DNA from: a virus
Virus record (IMG/VR): IMGVR_UViG_3300020474_001461
Location: 1 to 64,000 of that record
DNA length: 64,000 bases
Strand: one strand, 5' to 3'
Numbering within the stretch: position 1 is the first letter of the stretch; each line of letters begins with the position of its first letter. Below, in pieces: positions 10,558 to 18,675 of the stretch. The position numbers and the translations under genes were made by a program. The notes under the pieces are model-generated. The model was given only the letters and a program-made list of their open reading frames with translations, was not told where the DNA came from and did no database searches.

Positions 10558-10764
10558 TCAAATTGATAAGTGACCCATTTTTTCGTGTAACCTTTTCATA
10601 TGTTTACACGGTGAGTAAGGTCGGAACTGTCGTGCCATACATTCACAATCTGATATGTGATAATCTATAACGGTTACATTGTAATAAGACAACTTACCTG
10701 TCTTCTTATTACGACTTCCCATTTCTCTATATTGCCATTTGTTTAACATGGACAAAATATCCAT
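10558..10764 (-). CDS. SWIM zinc-finger protein
   Basis: CECMARQFRPYSPCKH = CxC...CxH. Confidence 0.7.
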   Translation of the reverse strand: MDILSMLNKWQYREMGSRNKKTGKLSYYNVTVIDYHISDCECMARQFRPYSPCKHMKRLHEKMGHLSI

Positions 10765-10883
10765 AGTGAAACATATAGTAATCCAAAAACCCCACCTATA
10801 AACAAAGTAGACAAAATAGCGTCTATTGGGTTTTCAATTATACTTTTTACTGCGTCTCGATTAAATTCGTACCAATCTTTCAT
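10743..10883 (-). CDS. Small membrane protein (46 aa, MKDWYEFNR...WIFCPC)
   Basis: Hand-translated; one TM segment; fills the gap. Confidence 0.5.
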   Translation of the reverse strand: MKDWYEFNRDAVKSIIENPIDAILSTLFIGGVFGLLYVSLWIFCPC

Positions 10884-10888
10884 AATTT

Positions 10889-11500
10889 TTATTTGTTAGT
10901 TAAATGACCTAATGGATTCAATACGTTACATATATTTTCGTATTCTTTATCGGTCATATAAGTTTTATTTTTAAGTAGGAACTCTGTTTTGGTTTTATAA
11001 TGGTCTTTCATTTCGTTCCACTGATTCATCCAATACTCAACTGTACCCCACTTTGGTTTATTATTTACAAAGACATAAGAAGGGAAATACTTCATTGGAG
11101 TACCATTGTCAGTGGTTGGTGAATCCTCTCTATATTCGTAGATATCTTCCATACCATTGAAACTACCACCTTTGAACAACTGAGAGAAGTTCTCTATTTG
11201 TTCGTAAATATCTTTATCTACTGATGAACCATCTTGGTTAGAAACATAGATATCACAAGAAGAACCACCACTATATACTTGAGAAGTTCCCCATACATTC
11301 AACAGGGGAAAGTTTTTCTTAACATATTGTTTGATTAGTGAAGAACAATGCTTTGCTCTCATTTGGATATAGGTTTCATCTTCCCATTGGGTTGAACCTT
11401 TTAGTACTAATGCTGATTTCGGTAATTCGTAGATATCACCATTAATTGTTAACTTGATTTTTTTACTCATATTTTTTAATTTTAAACTCTTATTACTCAT
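10889..11500 (-). CDS. LPD29-like domain protein
   Basis: YSGGSSCDIYV...FKGGSFNGMEDIYEY resembles large-polyvalent-protein domain 29 (by recollection). Confidence 0.55.
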   Translation of the reverse strand: MSNKSLKLKNMSKKIKLTINGDIYELPKSALVLKGSTQWEDETYIQMRAKHCSSLIKQYVKKNFPLLNVWGTSQVYSGGSSCDIYVSNQDGSSVDKDIYEQIENFSQLFKGGSFNGMEDIYEYREDSPTTDNGTPMKYFPSYVFVNNKPKWGTVEYWMNQWNEMKDHYKTKTEFLLKNKTYMTDKEYENICNVLNPLGHLTNK

Positions 11501-11510
11501 TCTTACACTA

Positions 11511-11576
11511 CTAATATAGTAACTTTTATTGACAATTCCAAATTTTTAATGTTAAATAATTGTTAAATTTTGTTAA
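11511..11576 (-). promoter_or_regulatory. Promoter with three upstream TTAACA boxes
   Basis: TTAACA x3, then N7-TTTGG-N19-TATATTAG. Confidence 0.75.
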
Positions 11577-11943
11577 CATAATAAGTTAGTAATGACTCTT
11601 CTTTAACCTTATTATATTCGTTAGCGTCCACTTTTATTCCAAGTTTATTTGCAATATCCAATCCTTTGTCCCATGCATTGACCTCATTTATGAATTTATA
11701 CATATTAAACTTTTTTGGAGATTTATCCTCATCAACTTGTTTAAAATAGTTTTCATATTTATTTTGATAAGCATGTCCGACTTCGTGTAATAACGTATAA
11801 AGACCGTTCTTTTTCAGATTATGATTATGGTGAATAAAAATAGTTTTGTTCTTATGTCCCATAAAGGCGGTTATCTGACCCATTTTAACATCTATTCCTA
11901 AATCGTCCTTGACGTAGTTAGAAACCTTTTGAAAGTCTGTCAC
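11563..11943 (-). CDS. HExxH zincin-like metallopeptidase
   Basis: TLLHEVGH ... EVNAW. Confidence 0.7.
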   Translation of the reverse strand: MTDFQKVSNYVKDDLGIDVKMGQITAFMGHKNKTIFIHHNHNLKKNGLYTLLHEVGHAYQNKYENYFKQVDEDKSPKKFNMYKFINEVNAWDKGLDIANKLGIKVDANEYNKVKEESLLTYYVNKI

Positions 11944-12329
11944 TATATAAACTTTATGTAATCTTTTTCGTAACTTATTGCTTCTTTTTCATATGGGTGA
12001 GTTACATAATCATGTCCCATATTGTAATATCTTTTGAACCAAATCGGTGATTGTAAGTAGTGAATGTATTCGTGAATCAAAGTCTGAATAACCATCTTCT
12101 TACTTTTCATATTAGGATAGTAGACAGTAATCTCATTCATATCACTACAATACTCAGCGTGACATCCACTTTCCTCACCATCGGAACCCTCTTCACCACT
12201 ATACTTTTCGTAAATGTTTTTGTGTAACTCAACATAAGGAGTACACTCTTGGAACTTTGAGAATCCGTAATGTTTTTCTATCTTCGGAAGAACCTCATTA
12301 ATTATTTTTTCAACATTTTCTTTTATCAT
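11943..12329 (-). CDS. HExxH zincin-like metallopeptidase
   Basis: TLIHEYIHYLQ ... HPYEKEA. Confidence 0.7.
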   Translation of the reverse strand: MIKENVEKIINEVLPKIEKHYGFSKFQECTPYVELHKNIYEKYSGEEGSDGEESGCHAEYCSDMNEITVYYPNMKSKKMVIQTLIHEYIHYLQSPIWFKRYYNMGHDYVTHPYEKEAISYEKDYIKFI

Positions 12330-12348
12330 ATCTCTTAATCTTACACTA

Positions 12349-12404
12349 CTAATATCGTGAATATTTTTAACAATTCCAAATTTCTAATGTTAAATTTATG
12401 TTAA
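12349..12404 (-). promoter_or_regulatory. Promoter with two upstream TTAACA boxes
   Basis: TTAACA-N5-TTAACA-N7-TTTGG-N19-GATATTAG. Confidence 0.75.
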
Positions 12405-12593
12405 ATTTTTACTCATCATAATCTTGTCAGCGGTACTCATATAATCCTCTTTCTTCCAAAAGGGTTCTAACCACACAGGATTTGTAACCATTTCTAAGTT
12501 ACACCATTTTTTTAAGTTATCACTAAGTTCGTGGTAGTGAACATCAAACTCTGAAAGAGCTATTTTATCTATTGTTGTGTTTAAATTATTCAT
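12396..12593 (-). CDS. Hypothetical protein
   Basis: 65-aa ORF with A-rich leader. Confidence 0.55.
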   Translation of the reverse strand: MNNLNTTIDKIALSEFDVHYHELSDNLKKWCNLEMVTNPVWLEPFWKKEDYMSTADKIMMSKNLT

Positions 12594-12609
12594 TTTTTAT
12601 TTATTTTTT

Positions 12610-12735
12610 TGTTACCCAATCGTATCCGTTAAGAAATTATCTATATTCCGTCATTGGGTTTGGATATCCTTTTTCGTTTCTTAGGGGAATTAGCCCTCAC
12701 TACTTCGGACCTTCGTCCATCTCTCAAAGAACTAC
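12610..12735 (-). ncRNA. Putative structured leader/ncRNA (boxA-like site, hairpins, possible pseudoknot)
   Basis: AGTTCTTTGA right after the promoter; GGAC-GAAG-GTCC hairpin; interleaved 7-bp pairings TAAGAAA/TTTCTTA and ACCCAAT/ATTGGGT; no coding-strand ORF. Confidence 0.45.
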
Positions 12736-12739
12736 AGTA

Positions 12740-12804
12740 CTAATGTACGGATAATAAATGAGAAATCCAAATAAAATATGTTAAAATATGTTAAAATATG
12801 TTAA
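12740..12804 (-). promoter_or_regulatory. Promoter with three TTAACA boxes (10-bp tandem repeat)
   Basis: (TTAACATATT)x3 leading into TTTGG-N19-TACATTAG. Confidence 0.75.
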
Positions 12805-13445
12805 ATTTTTCTTTGTTTAAATAGTGGATTTTCCATATCACGTTGCTCCCATCGTCTGTGAGTATCGTCTTTTCCATATCCAAATTTTATGTAATCATTA
12901 AAGAATCTATCATAACATATTTGTCGAAGATGTTCTTCACTAAATGATATAGGTGGAAGGTCTGTTTTTCCTATACAAGGTACTTCTATATTGTCGGGTA
13001 TAAATGATAAATGTTTTAAAGACGCTTCTATATTTTCTGCTCTGATAACGAAGTCTATCTGTTTTGATGTATTATTTACTAAATCCCAAAGATTCCAACC
13101 ATTAATCCAATCTTCTGTCATAGATTGTAGACATTCTATTGGTCCATTTGATGGGTCAATCATTTCGTGTTGTTCACCACTATATCCATATTTCCAATAA
13201 CTCAACCATCTATAATATGGGTGTCTAATACTTGCTATATGAATGTAATCATCACCCGCTTCTTCAGGCCAATTGTTTACATGGGTAAAATCAGATGGAT
13301 GTTCTTTACTTGGCCAATCAGGATTCAAATCACAATATTTTATAAAAATATCTCTAACAGACCGTGATGCGACTTTTGCAGGTGCTGTCCAAACGAACTT
13401 GTGTTTGTGACTTATATTTGCACCTCTTTTAAGTTCATTTATCAT
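12801..13445 (-). CDS. Sulfotransferase family 2-like protein
   Basis: HKFVWTAPAKVASRSV (5'-PSB loop) and IRHPYYRWLSYW (3'-PB). Confidence 0.75.
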   Translation of the reverse strand: MINELKRGANISHKHKFVWTAPAKVASRSVRDIFIKYCDLNPDWPSKEHPSDFTHVNNWPEEAGDDYIHIASIRHPYYRWLSYWKYGYSGEQHEMIDPSNGPIECLQSMTEDWINGWNLWDLVNNTSKQIDFVIRAENIEASLKHLSFIPDNIEVPCIGKTDLPPISFSEEHLRQICYDRFFNDYIKFGYGKDDTHRRWEQRDMENPLFKQRKI

Positions 13446-13963
13446 AAACTAATATGTTCACCTGTTAACCATGATACAAAAGAATATCTTGTACCTGATG
13501 TAACATCTTGTATCTCGTGTTTTAACTCTGAATCAAATATAACAACGTTTCCTCTTGTTTCATCAACAGTTGTTACTTCTGTACCACTGTAAATCTTAAA
13601 TGCACCACCTTCGTAGTCACTTGGGTTTGAAAGTTGTATAGTTAATGTTTTAAGTCTTTCTGTAAATAATCTTTTATTTTTGTCAGTATGTTTTCTAAAA
13701 TACTCACCTGTTTGATATCTTTGAACTCTACCCATAGTTATTAGGTCTGATATATTCCATTTACCAATTTTGTTAATTAACATAGTTTTTACTGAATCAG
13801 AAAGTGTATATATTCCCTCGTAACTATTTCTAAAATCATAATTTTGTTCAGAATACTTGTCTTTTGAATATGCAGTTAGACTTCTTGTCCATTCAGAAAC
13901 TTCATTTATTAAAGTATCACATTCACTATCGGTAAATAAAACTTCTTGAACTATTTTTTCCAT
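13442..13963 (-). CDS. 2OG-Fe(II) oxygenase (prolyl-4-hydroxylase/PKHD-like)
   Basis: HTD ... DYEGG ... HEIQDVTSGTRYSFVSW. Confidence 0.88.
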   Translation of the reverse strand: MEKIVQEVLFTDSECDTLINEVSEWTRSLTAYSKDKYSEQNYDFRNSYEGIYTLSDSVKTMLINKIGKWNISDLITMGRVQRYQTGEYFRKHTDKNKRLFTERLKTLTIQLSNPSDYEGGAFKIYSGTEVTTVDETRGNVVIFDSELKHEIQDVTSGTRYSFVSWLTGEHISL

Positions 13964-14547
13964 TATTTCTCCGTGTTAAAAAAGAATGTTTGAAACAATC
14001 TACCATTATATTTGTCTTGACCAAAGTAATCTAATGATTGATGGAAAAAATCACCTCTATAGATTATCAGTCTATTATATATATTTGCAAATCTATCTAC
14101 TAACTCCCATTTGGTATAATCTTGTGCGTCTTTATATATTTCACCGAGTAATTCTTTATCTGTTTCACCATTTTCTAACTTGGGACATTCTATCAATCCT
14201 GTAGATTTATGTTTAAAAATACCTGTTCCTGAACTGAGTGGTGCGTTTGGTGTTAAAAAACAAACACCTGCCCATCTTGTTGTTTGGTCACAATGAATCC
14301 AACTTCTATCTCTTGATGTTGTAAACTGATATGCTCCTGTATACTCTTCACTACCCCAATATACGATATCACCCCAATGTGGTGATATTACACCATTGAT
14401 TACTTCTTTTATGGAATCGTTTAGGAATGATTTAGTTCGGGGGCCTGGATAATTACCTGTAACATTGAAATCTTGTTCTAATGCAAACTGTCTTACTTCA
14501 TCGACATTACTATAGAACTCATCTATGATAAATGCGTTTAGTCTCAT
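13963..14547 (-). CDS. 2OG-Fe(II) oxygenase-like protein (DUF6445-like)
   Basis: IIDEFY, NYPGPRT, WIHCD, YNRLIIY..FHQS, RLFQTFFF. Confidence 0.7.
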   Translation of the reverse strand: MRLNAFIIDEFYSNVDEVRQFALEQDFNVTGNYPGPRTKSFLNDSIKEVINGVISPHWGDIVYWGSEEYTGAYQFTTSRDRSWIHCDQTTRWAGVCFLTPNAPLSSGTGIFKHKSTGLIECPKLENGETDKELLGEIYKDAQDYTKWELVDRFANIYNRLIIYRGDFFHQSLDYFGQDKYNGRLFQTFFFNTEK

Positions 14548-14563
14548 AACTTCTTTCTTAATA

Positions 14564-14707
14564 TTAAATCGTTCTAAATCTTCTCGATGAATTCCAATAA
14601 ATTCTTGGAGTTGCTCCTAAGAACTTTTTTCTACTAACTCTGTCATTGAATTCGTTACGGGTTTGATTTAGTTGTGTATTTCCGTTTTGTTGTTCTTGAT
14701 TAATCAT
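14564..14707 (-). CDS. Small basic protein (47 aa, MINQEQQNGNTQLN...)
   Basis: Hand-translated; fills the gap. Confidence 0.5.
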   Translation of the reverse strand: MINQEQQNGNTQLNQTRNEFNDRVSRKKFLGATPRIYWNSSRRFRTI

Positions 14708-14714
14708 TACTTTT

Positions 14715-15629
14715 TTACATATATTGTGTTATAGCATCAGGAGCGTTATTCTTTATCCAATTATAAAGTTTATTTTTCCAAATCTTTTCAGGTAATATAC
14801 TACCACCTTCTTTCTTTACAGGTAAAGATAAAAATCCTTTTGCGATTCCATCAACTTCATTTCCATCTGCGTCTTTATATTTTATTGTATGTTCAGGGTT
14901 GTTAAGAATCACATCTACTCTACCATTTAAACCTTTTGGCATCGCCTTTGTTACAAGACCCCAAACAGTATTTGATGCACCTTCGTGAGTTTTTAGTAAA
15001 GTATCTTCAGGTACCATTCTCTCTCTTGTCTTGTTGTTTTCCATTGCAGTTACAAAGTTAGTAAGAACCCATGTTAAATGGATATTTTCAGATTTGTATC
15101 CTGCTTTTTCTAACTTAGGAATTACACCTGAAATATCCGTAACTTTTTTCGCTGTAATATCAAACATAATGTTAGGAAGTGTCTCAGGGTTATTTTTACC
15201 TACCAATAGTGTTTCTAATGAACTATCTTTAATACCCATTGCTTTTACTAACATATGTAATGCTGTAACGTGATTAGGTTGTTTTAGGTTTAAATTTCTT
15301 AGTTGGAATCCCTGTGCTTGTATACTTCTAATGTTTTCTATTTCACTTGCTGGTATATTTTTACTATACTTTTTTAAGATTCCGTCTATATCAAGTTTAC
15401 CTAATCTATTTAGAATCTGTAATTGTTTTTTCATTTTATCGACATCACGAACCTTGAACATTTCTCTGTCTAAAAAGTGTTTTGATGCGAATCCTTTACC
15501 TGAACCTGCTCCACCTGCTAAAAAAACTACCTGACCGTATGGTTTTCTGTTATTGTAAACCATTAACTTTTCGTCAAGTTGTTCTTCGTTAATTACTTCT
15601 AATATGAAATCTTTTATATTCCAACTCAT
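14715..15629 (-). CDS. P-loop kinase-like protein (zeta-toxin/AAA_33-like)
   Basis: VVFLAGGAGSGKGF Walker A, IMFDIT Walker B, N..RER.VP lid. Confidence 0.7.
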   Translation of the reverse strand: MSWNIKDFILEVINEEQLDEKLMVYNNRKPYGQVVFLAGGAGSGKGFASKHFLDREMFKVRDVDKMKKQLQILNRLGKLDIDGILKKYSKNIPASEIENIRSIQAQGFQLRNLNLKQPNHVTALHMLVKAMGIKDSSLETLLVGKNNPETLPNIMFDITAKKVTDISGVIPKLEKAGYKSENIHLTWVLTNFVTAMENNKTRERMVPEDTLLKTHEGASNTVWGLVTKAMPKGLNGRVDVILNNPEHTIKYKDADGNEVDGIAKGFLSLPVKKEGGSILPEKIWKNKLYNWIKNNAPDAITQYM

Positions 15630-15808
15630 TTCTTAACTCCGTTGTACGGAAACATCCTATTTAACTTTTCACGTCTCTTGTCACACCCGCAATCATCTGC
15701 TCCTGCGACCTCTGCGATTTTCTCAGCCAACTTATCTAATTTTGTTGCTGATGTGATTTTTGCTATGGTATCACCTAAACCTTTTGATGGTATGTTAGTT
15801 TTCTTCAT
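15626..15808 (-). CDS. Small conserved-type phage protein with CGC motif
   Basis: SKGLGDTIAKIT ... DCGCDKRREKLN. Confidence 0.65.
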   Translation of the reverse strand: MKKTNIPSKGLGDTIAKITSATKLDKLAEKIAEVAGADDCGCDKRREKLNRMFPYNGVKK

Positions 15809-16040
15809 AGTAGTTCACTTCCACATTAAATCCATTTTCAATAAATAGTTCAAAATAATGTTCAACGATAATTTCATCACCTGTAAATATATCACAACCA
15901 CCTGTTCTATGAACTATATCTGCTATTGACTGACCTTGGGTGGTCGGATATGACAGATATTTTTTTAGTATATTTATCACGTCAATAAAACTATTCTTAT
16001 TATCATTCAATAATCTTAAAGTTTTTTTGTTTGTTGTCAT
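15795..16040 (-). CDS. clpS: ClpS-like N-end-rule adaptor
   Basis: LLNDNKNSFIDVINIL ... IADIVHRTGGC matches the ClpS ND..n.f..V...L / vH..G pattern. Confidence 0.7.
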   Translation of the reverse strand: MTTNKKTLRLLNDNKNSFIDVINILKKYLSYPTTQGQSIADIVHRTGGCDIFTGDEIIVEHYFELFIENGFNVEVNYYEEN

Positions 16041-16237
16041 AAATCGTAATAAACTACTTTTTCTATATCGTACTTGTTTTTAAACTTTGTGATGTAAATT
16101 GGAACCTCGACTTCGTGACAAATCTCTGCTTCTACTTTGGTTCCACCTGGCTCATCTGTTACTACATATAAAATTTTGTTACCTAATTCTTTAGTACTCG
16201 ATAAGAAATCATCAAGACTTTTTACTACTATTTTCAT
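16037..16237 (-). CDS. Hypothetical protein (start revised to MKIVVKS)
   Basis: ATG at 16237 gives a short overlap with the upstream gene. Confidence 0.5.
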   Translation of the reverse strand: MKIVVKSLDDFLSSTKELGNKILYVVTDEPGGTKVEAEICHEVEVPIYITKFKNKYDIEKVVYYDL

Positions 16238-16421
16238 TTGTTCTCTCCAACATATCCATGAGTTGTTGAACGTGTTTACACTTTTCGTAATCCTCAACGG
16301 ATTCATAGTGTTTTAACATTTTCGTTAATACTCTTTTTTTAGTAGACTTGTCAATATAAGTTGGGTTGTACAACAATATGTCGTAAACCTCATCAATCGC
16401 TTTGTCTACATAGTTATCCAT
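16212..16421 (-). CDS. UVR (UvrB/UvrC-type) coiled-coil motif protein
   Basis: MLKHYESVEDYEKCKHVQQL. Confidence 0.55.
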   Translation of the reverse strand: MDNYVDKAIDEVYDILLYNPTYIDKSTKKRVLTKMLKHYESVEDYEKCKHVQQLMDMLERTNENSSKKS

Positions 16422-16447
16422 AAATATATTTTGGAAAGTTAATAAAA

Positions 16448-16831
16448 CTATAATTTACCCACTGCTTCAGAAAAAATCCACCCTAAAAGACCAATTAGAC
16501 CACTAAATAGTACCCAAAGTGCTCTTGATACTGTAGATTTCCACTCTTGAAGTTTTTCTAATTCATTTTCTAATTCTAAAATTCTTTCAGGAACTTGTTC
16601 CATGTCTTCTCTGACTTCAGTGTTTTTGTTCACTCTGACTATGACTCCGTTATCAGGATTTAGTAGTGTATACTTGATGTCGGATAAGTCCTCTTTAATA
16701 TCTGTATAATTTTCTTTCATCTCGGTAATTGTTGTCTCCATTCGTTTTAACTCACCATTTGGGAGTTTATTTTTCATAGACGACAATTCCTCAAGAATAT
16801 TTTCTAAAATGTCTTTATTCGTAGTTGCCAT
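16448..16831 (-). CDS. Coiled-coil protein with C-terminal TM helix
   Basis: Heptad-rich body, then ALWVLFSGLIGLLGWIF. Confidence 0.6.
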   Translation of the reverse strand: MATTNKDILENILEELSSMKNKLPNGELKRMETTITEMKENYTDIKEDLSDIKYTLLNPDNGVIVRVNKNTEVREDMEQVPERILELENELEKLQEWKSTVSRALWVLFSGLIGLLGWIFSEAVGKL

Positions 16832-16846
16832 TGTGTACCCTATTTG

Positions 16847-17416
16847 TTATAAATATGTCTTCGACAACTCTTCTATATGATTTTCTATTAATTTCTTTTT
16901 TTGACTTGATGTCAGGTGTTCAACTGCGAGTACAGATTTGATTCTTACATCAGGATATTTTCTTTGTAACTGTTGTACTGCTCTTACATTTTTAAGTGAA
17001 TCATCCATAAATGCAATATCAGTATAACCTTTTGATATATGTTTTTCAATCCAATCTGCTTTATCTTTAGGATTGTTACTTGCTAATGTGACAGGATATA
17101 CGTCCAATCCGTATTCATCTTTAAAAAACTTTCTGATTGGGAATCCTAATGCTCTTGCTGTAAGTATCGTAACCTTTTTATTTGGGTTTTTTAACATTTG
17201 TTGGAGTAACTTGAAGTTTTTCTTAATTACTTGGGGGTTGTTCAACATACTGTTAAAATCTCTGAAGTCGAACTCATCACCTCTTTTTGGTTTATATTTT
17301 GCATATTGAGAAGGTGATAAAGTTGTTTCTTTTCCATCTTTATGTTTTACATAGATGTATGCTACACTTTTTGCAAGTGTATCATCAAAATCAAAAACTC
17401 TTAATATTCTACCCAT
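16847..17416 (-). CDS. HAD-superfamily phosphatase (PNKP/RNA-repair-type)
   Basis: LRVFDFDDTL, ILTAR, K, FMDDS. Confidence 0.75.
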   Translation of the reverse strand: MGRILRVFDFDDTLAKSVAYIYVKHKDGKETTLSPSQYAKYKPKRGDEFDFRDFNSMLNNPQVIKKNFKLLQQMLKNPNKKVTILTARALGFPIRKFFKDEYGLDVYPVTLASNNPKDKADWIEKHISKGYTDIAFMDDSLKNVRAVQQLQRKYPDVRIKSVLAVEHLTSSQKKKLIENHIEELSKTYL

Positions 17417-17430
17417 AATTTATCCTTTAG

Positions 17431-17484
17431 TATAAATATACGAAATTTTTGGTAATTTTCCAAATATTTTAACACTTTTTAACA
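17431..17484 (-). promoter_or_regulatory. Composite promoter (TTTGG-N19-TATATTTA overlapping TATTTATA) with inverted TTAACA boxes
   Basis: Motif spacing counted; TTAACA reads on the + strand at 17469 and 17479. Confidence 0.6.
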
Positions 17485-17487
17485 GTA

Positions 17488-18291
17488 CTATTTTAATCTG
17501 GCTCTAAATGGGATGTCGTTTTCTCTCCAAAACGCATTTAACATACTATGGAAGTTCTTGATAAGTTCTACTGCTTCTTTTTTCTTTTGAGGTGTGTTGG
17601 TATCTAATCTTCCTTGTGGAATGATTCCTTTTGTAAATTGACTGATTTTAAAAATACCGACCTCATTTAGGTCTTCACCTTCTTTTTGGTAAGTATTTCT
17701 ACCATGTAAACATCTACCATCTAATGTTACAGGGCCTGGACATTTATCTCCTTTATTATCATAATAAATTTCTTTGATTTGATTAATTCTGTTTGTTTTC
17801 TTGAAAGTTTCTTTATCAAATATCAAATCATCATCTACCATTAGAATCATTAACTGTCTACCAAATTTTTTGTCATCTTTCATAAAAGTAAACATTGGTG
17901 CGTTCTTTCTTGCCCATTTATACCACAACGCTGATAATATTAAAAACATTTTAGTAGAATCACCTTTTTGTTTTAACATCATCTTTTTAACCATTTTTCT
18001 ATTCTTGTACACCCACTTTTTGAAATCCATATATACAAACTCATTTGGAGTGTCCATAGGTATTGGTCTTTGTTCATTTATTGATTCATCTTGTGGCATA
18101 TCTTCAGGGAATTCTACTTCTATAGATTCTTTTACGATTCTAAAGTTGACTACTTTCCTACCATTGATTGTTGGCATACCATAATCGTCCTTACCGATTG
18201 ATTTAACGGTAGTTCTTTTGTTTTTGAACCTACCTGTTAAAATCGTATCCCCAACCTTTATAGGTAATACTATGTTTTCGTTTAGTTTCAT
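17488..18291 (-). CDS. Modular hypothetical protein, probable head-internal protein
   Basis: Repeated L/I-x-E sites (MKLNE, SINE, DLNE) separate distinct segments. Confidence 0.55.
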   Translation of the reverse strand: MKLNENIVLPIKVGDTILTGRFKNKRTTVKSIGKDDYGMPTINGRKVVNFRIVKESIEVEFPEDMPQDESINEQRPIPMDTPNEFVYMDFKKWVYKNRKMVKKMMLKQKGDSTKMFLILSALWYKWARKNAPMFTFMKDDKKFGRQLMILMVDDDLIFDKETFKKTNRINQIKEIYYDNKGDKCPGPVTLDGRCLHGRNTYQKEGEDLNEVGIFKISQFTKGIIPQGRLDTNTPQKKKEAVELIKNFHSMLNAFWRENDIPFRARLK

Positions 18292-18669
18292 TTATTTGAT
18301 TTTCTTTAAAATAGGTTCAATATCTAATGCTATCGTATATTGTTCTTTATGTCTGTATTCGATAGGAACAAATCTTTGTTTTGTTTTCTTTGATGCGAAC
18401 TCTGCTAATTGTTTAGTGATATCATCTTTTGATATACTACCCAAAGTATCAATCTTATCCAAGTCTTTTGAACTCTTTGGAATACAAATTAAAGTTGGAC
18501 CTTTACCTAAGTAATCAGCATTAACATAATTAAAATTAAACTCAACATATTGAGATGGTAGTTGTGAGTCTTTTGCGTTTGATGTTAATACAACCTTTGC
18601 TTTTCCATAAAACATCACTTCGTTTAATGGTTGTTTTCCTTCGTTCAATATGTCTTTTAATTTTATCAT
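18292..18669 (-). CDS. Hypothetical protein, probable head-internal protein
   Basis: MIKLKDILNE...PLNE leader. Confidence 0.55.
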   Translation of the reverse strand: MIKLKDILNEGKQPLNEVMFYGKAKVVLTSNAKDSQLPSQYVEFNFNYVNADYLGKGPTLICIPKSSKDLDKIDTLGSISKDDITKQLAEFASKKTKQRFVPIEYRHKEQYTIALDIEPILKKIK

Positions 18670-18675
18670 AATTTT

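Noticed and set aside
12610-12735. Assignment of the leader to hammerhead, pistol, twister, HDV or a known riboswitch
   Set aside because: The core consensus nucleotides (e.g. CUGANGA with GAAA) are not recognisable; left unassigned.
12775-12806. Tandem repeat AAATATGTTA x3 as CRISPR or iteron
   Set aside because: No spacers; it is explained by the TTAACA promoter boxes.
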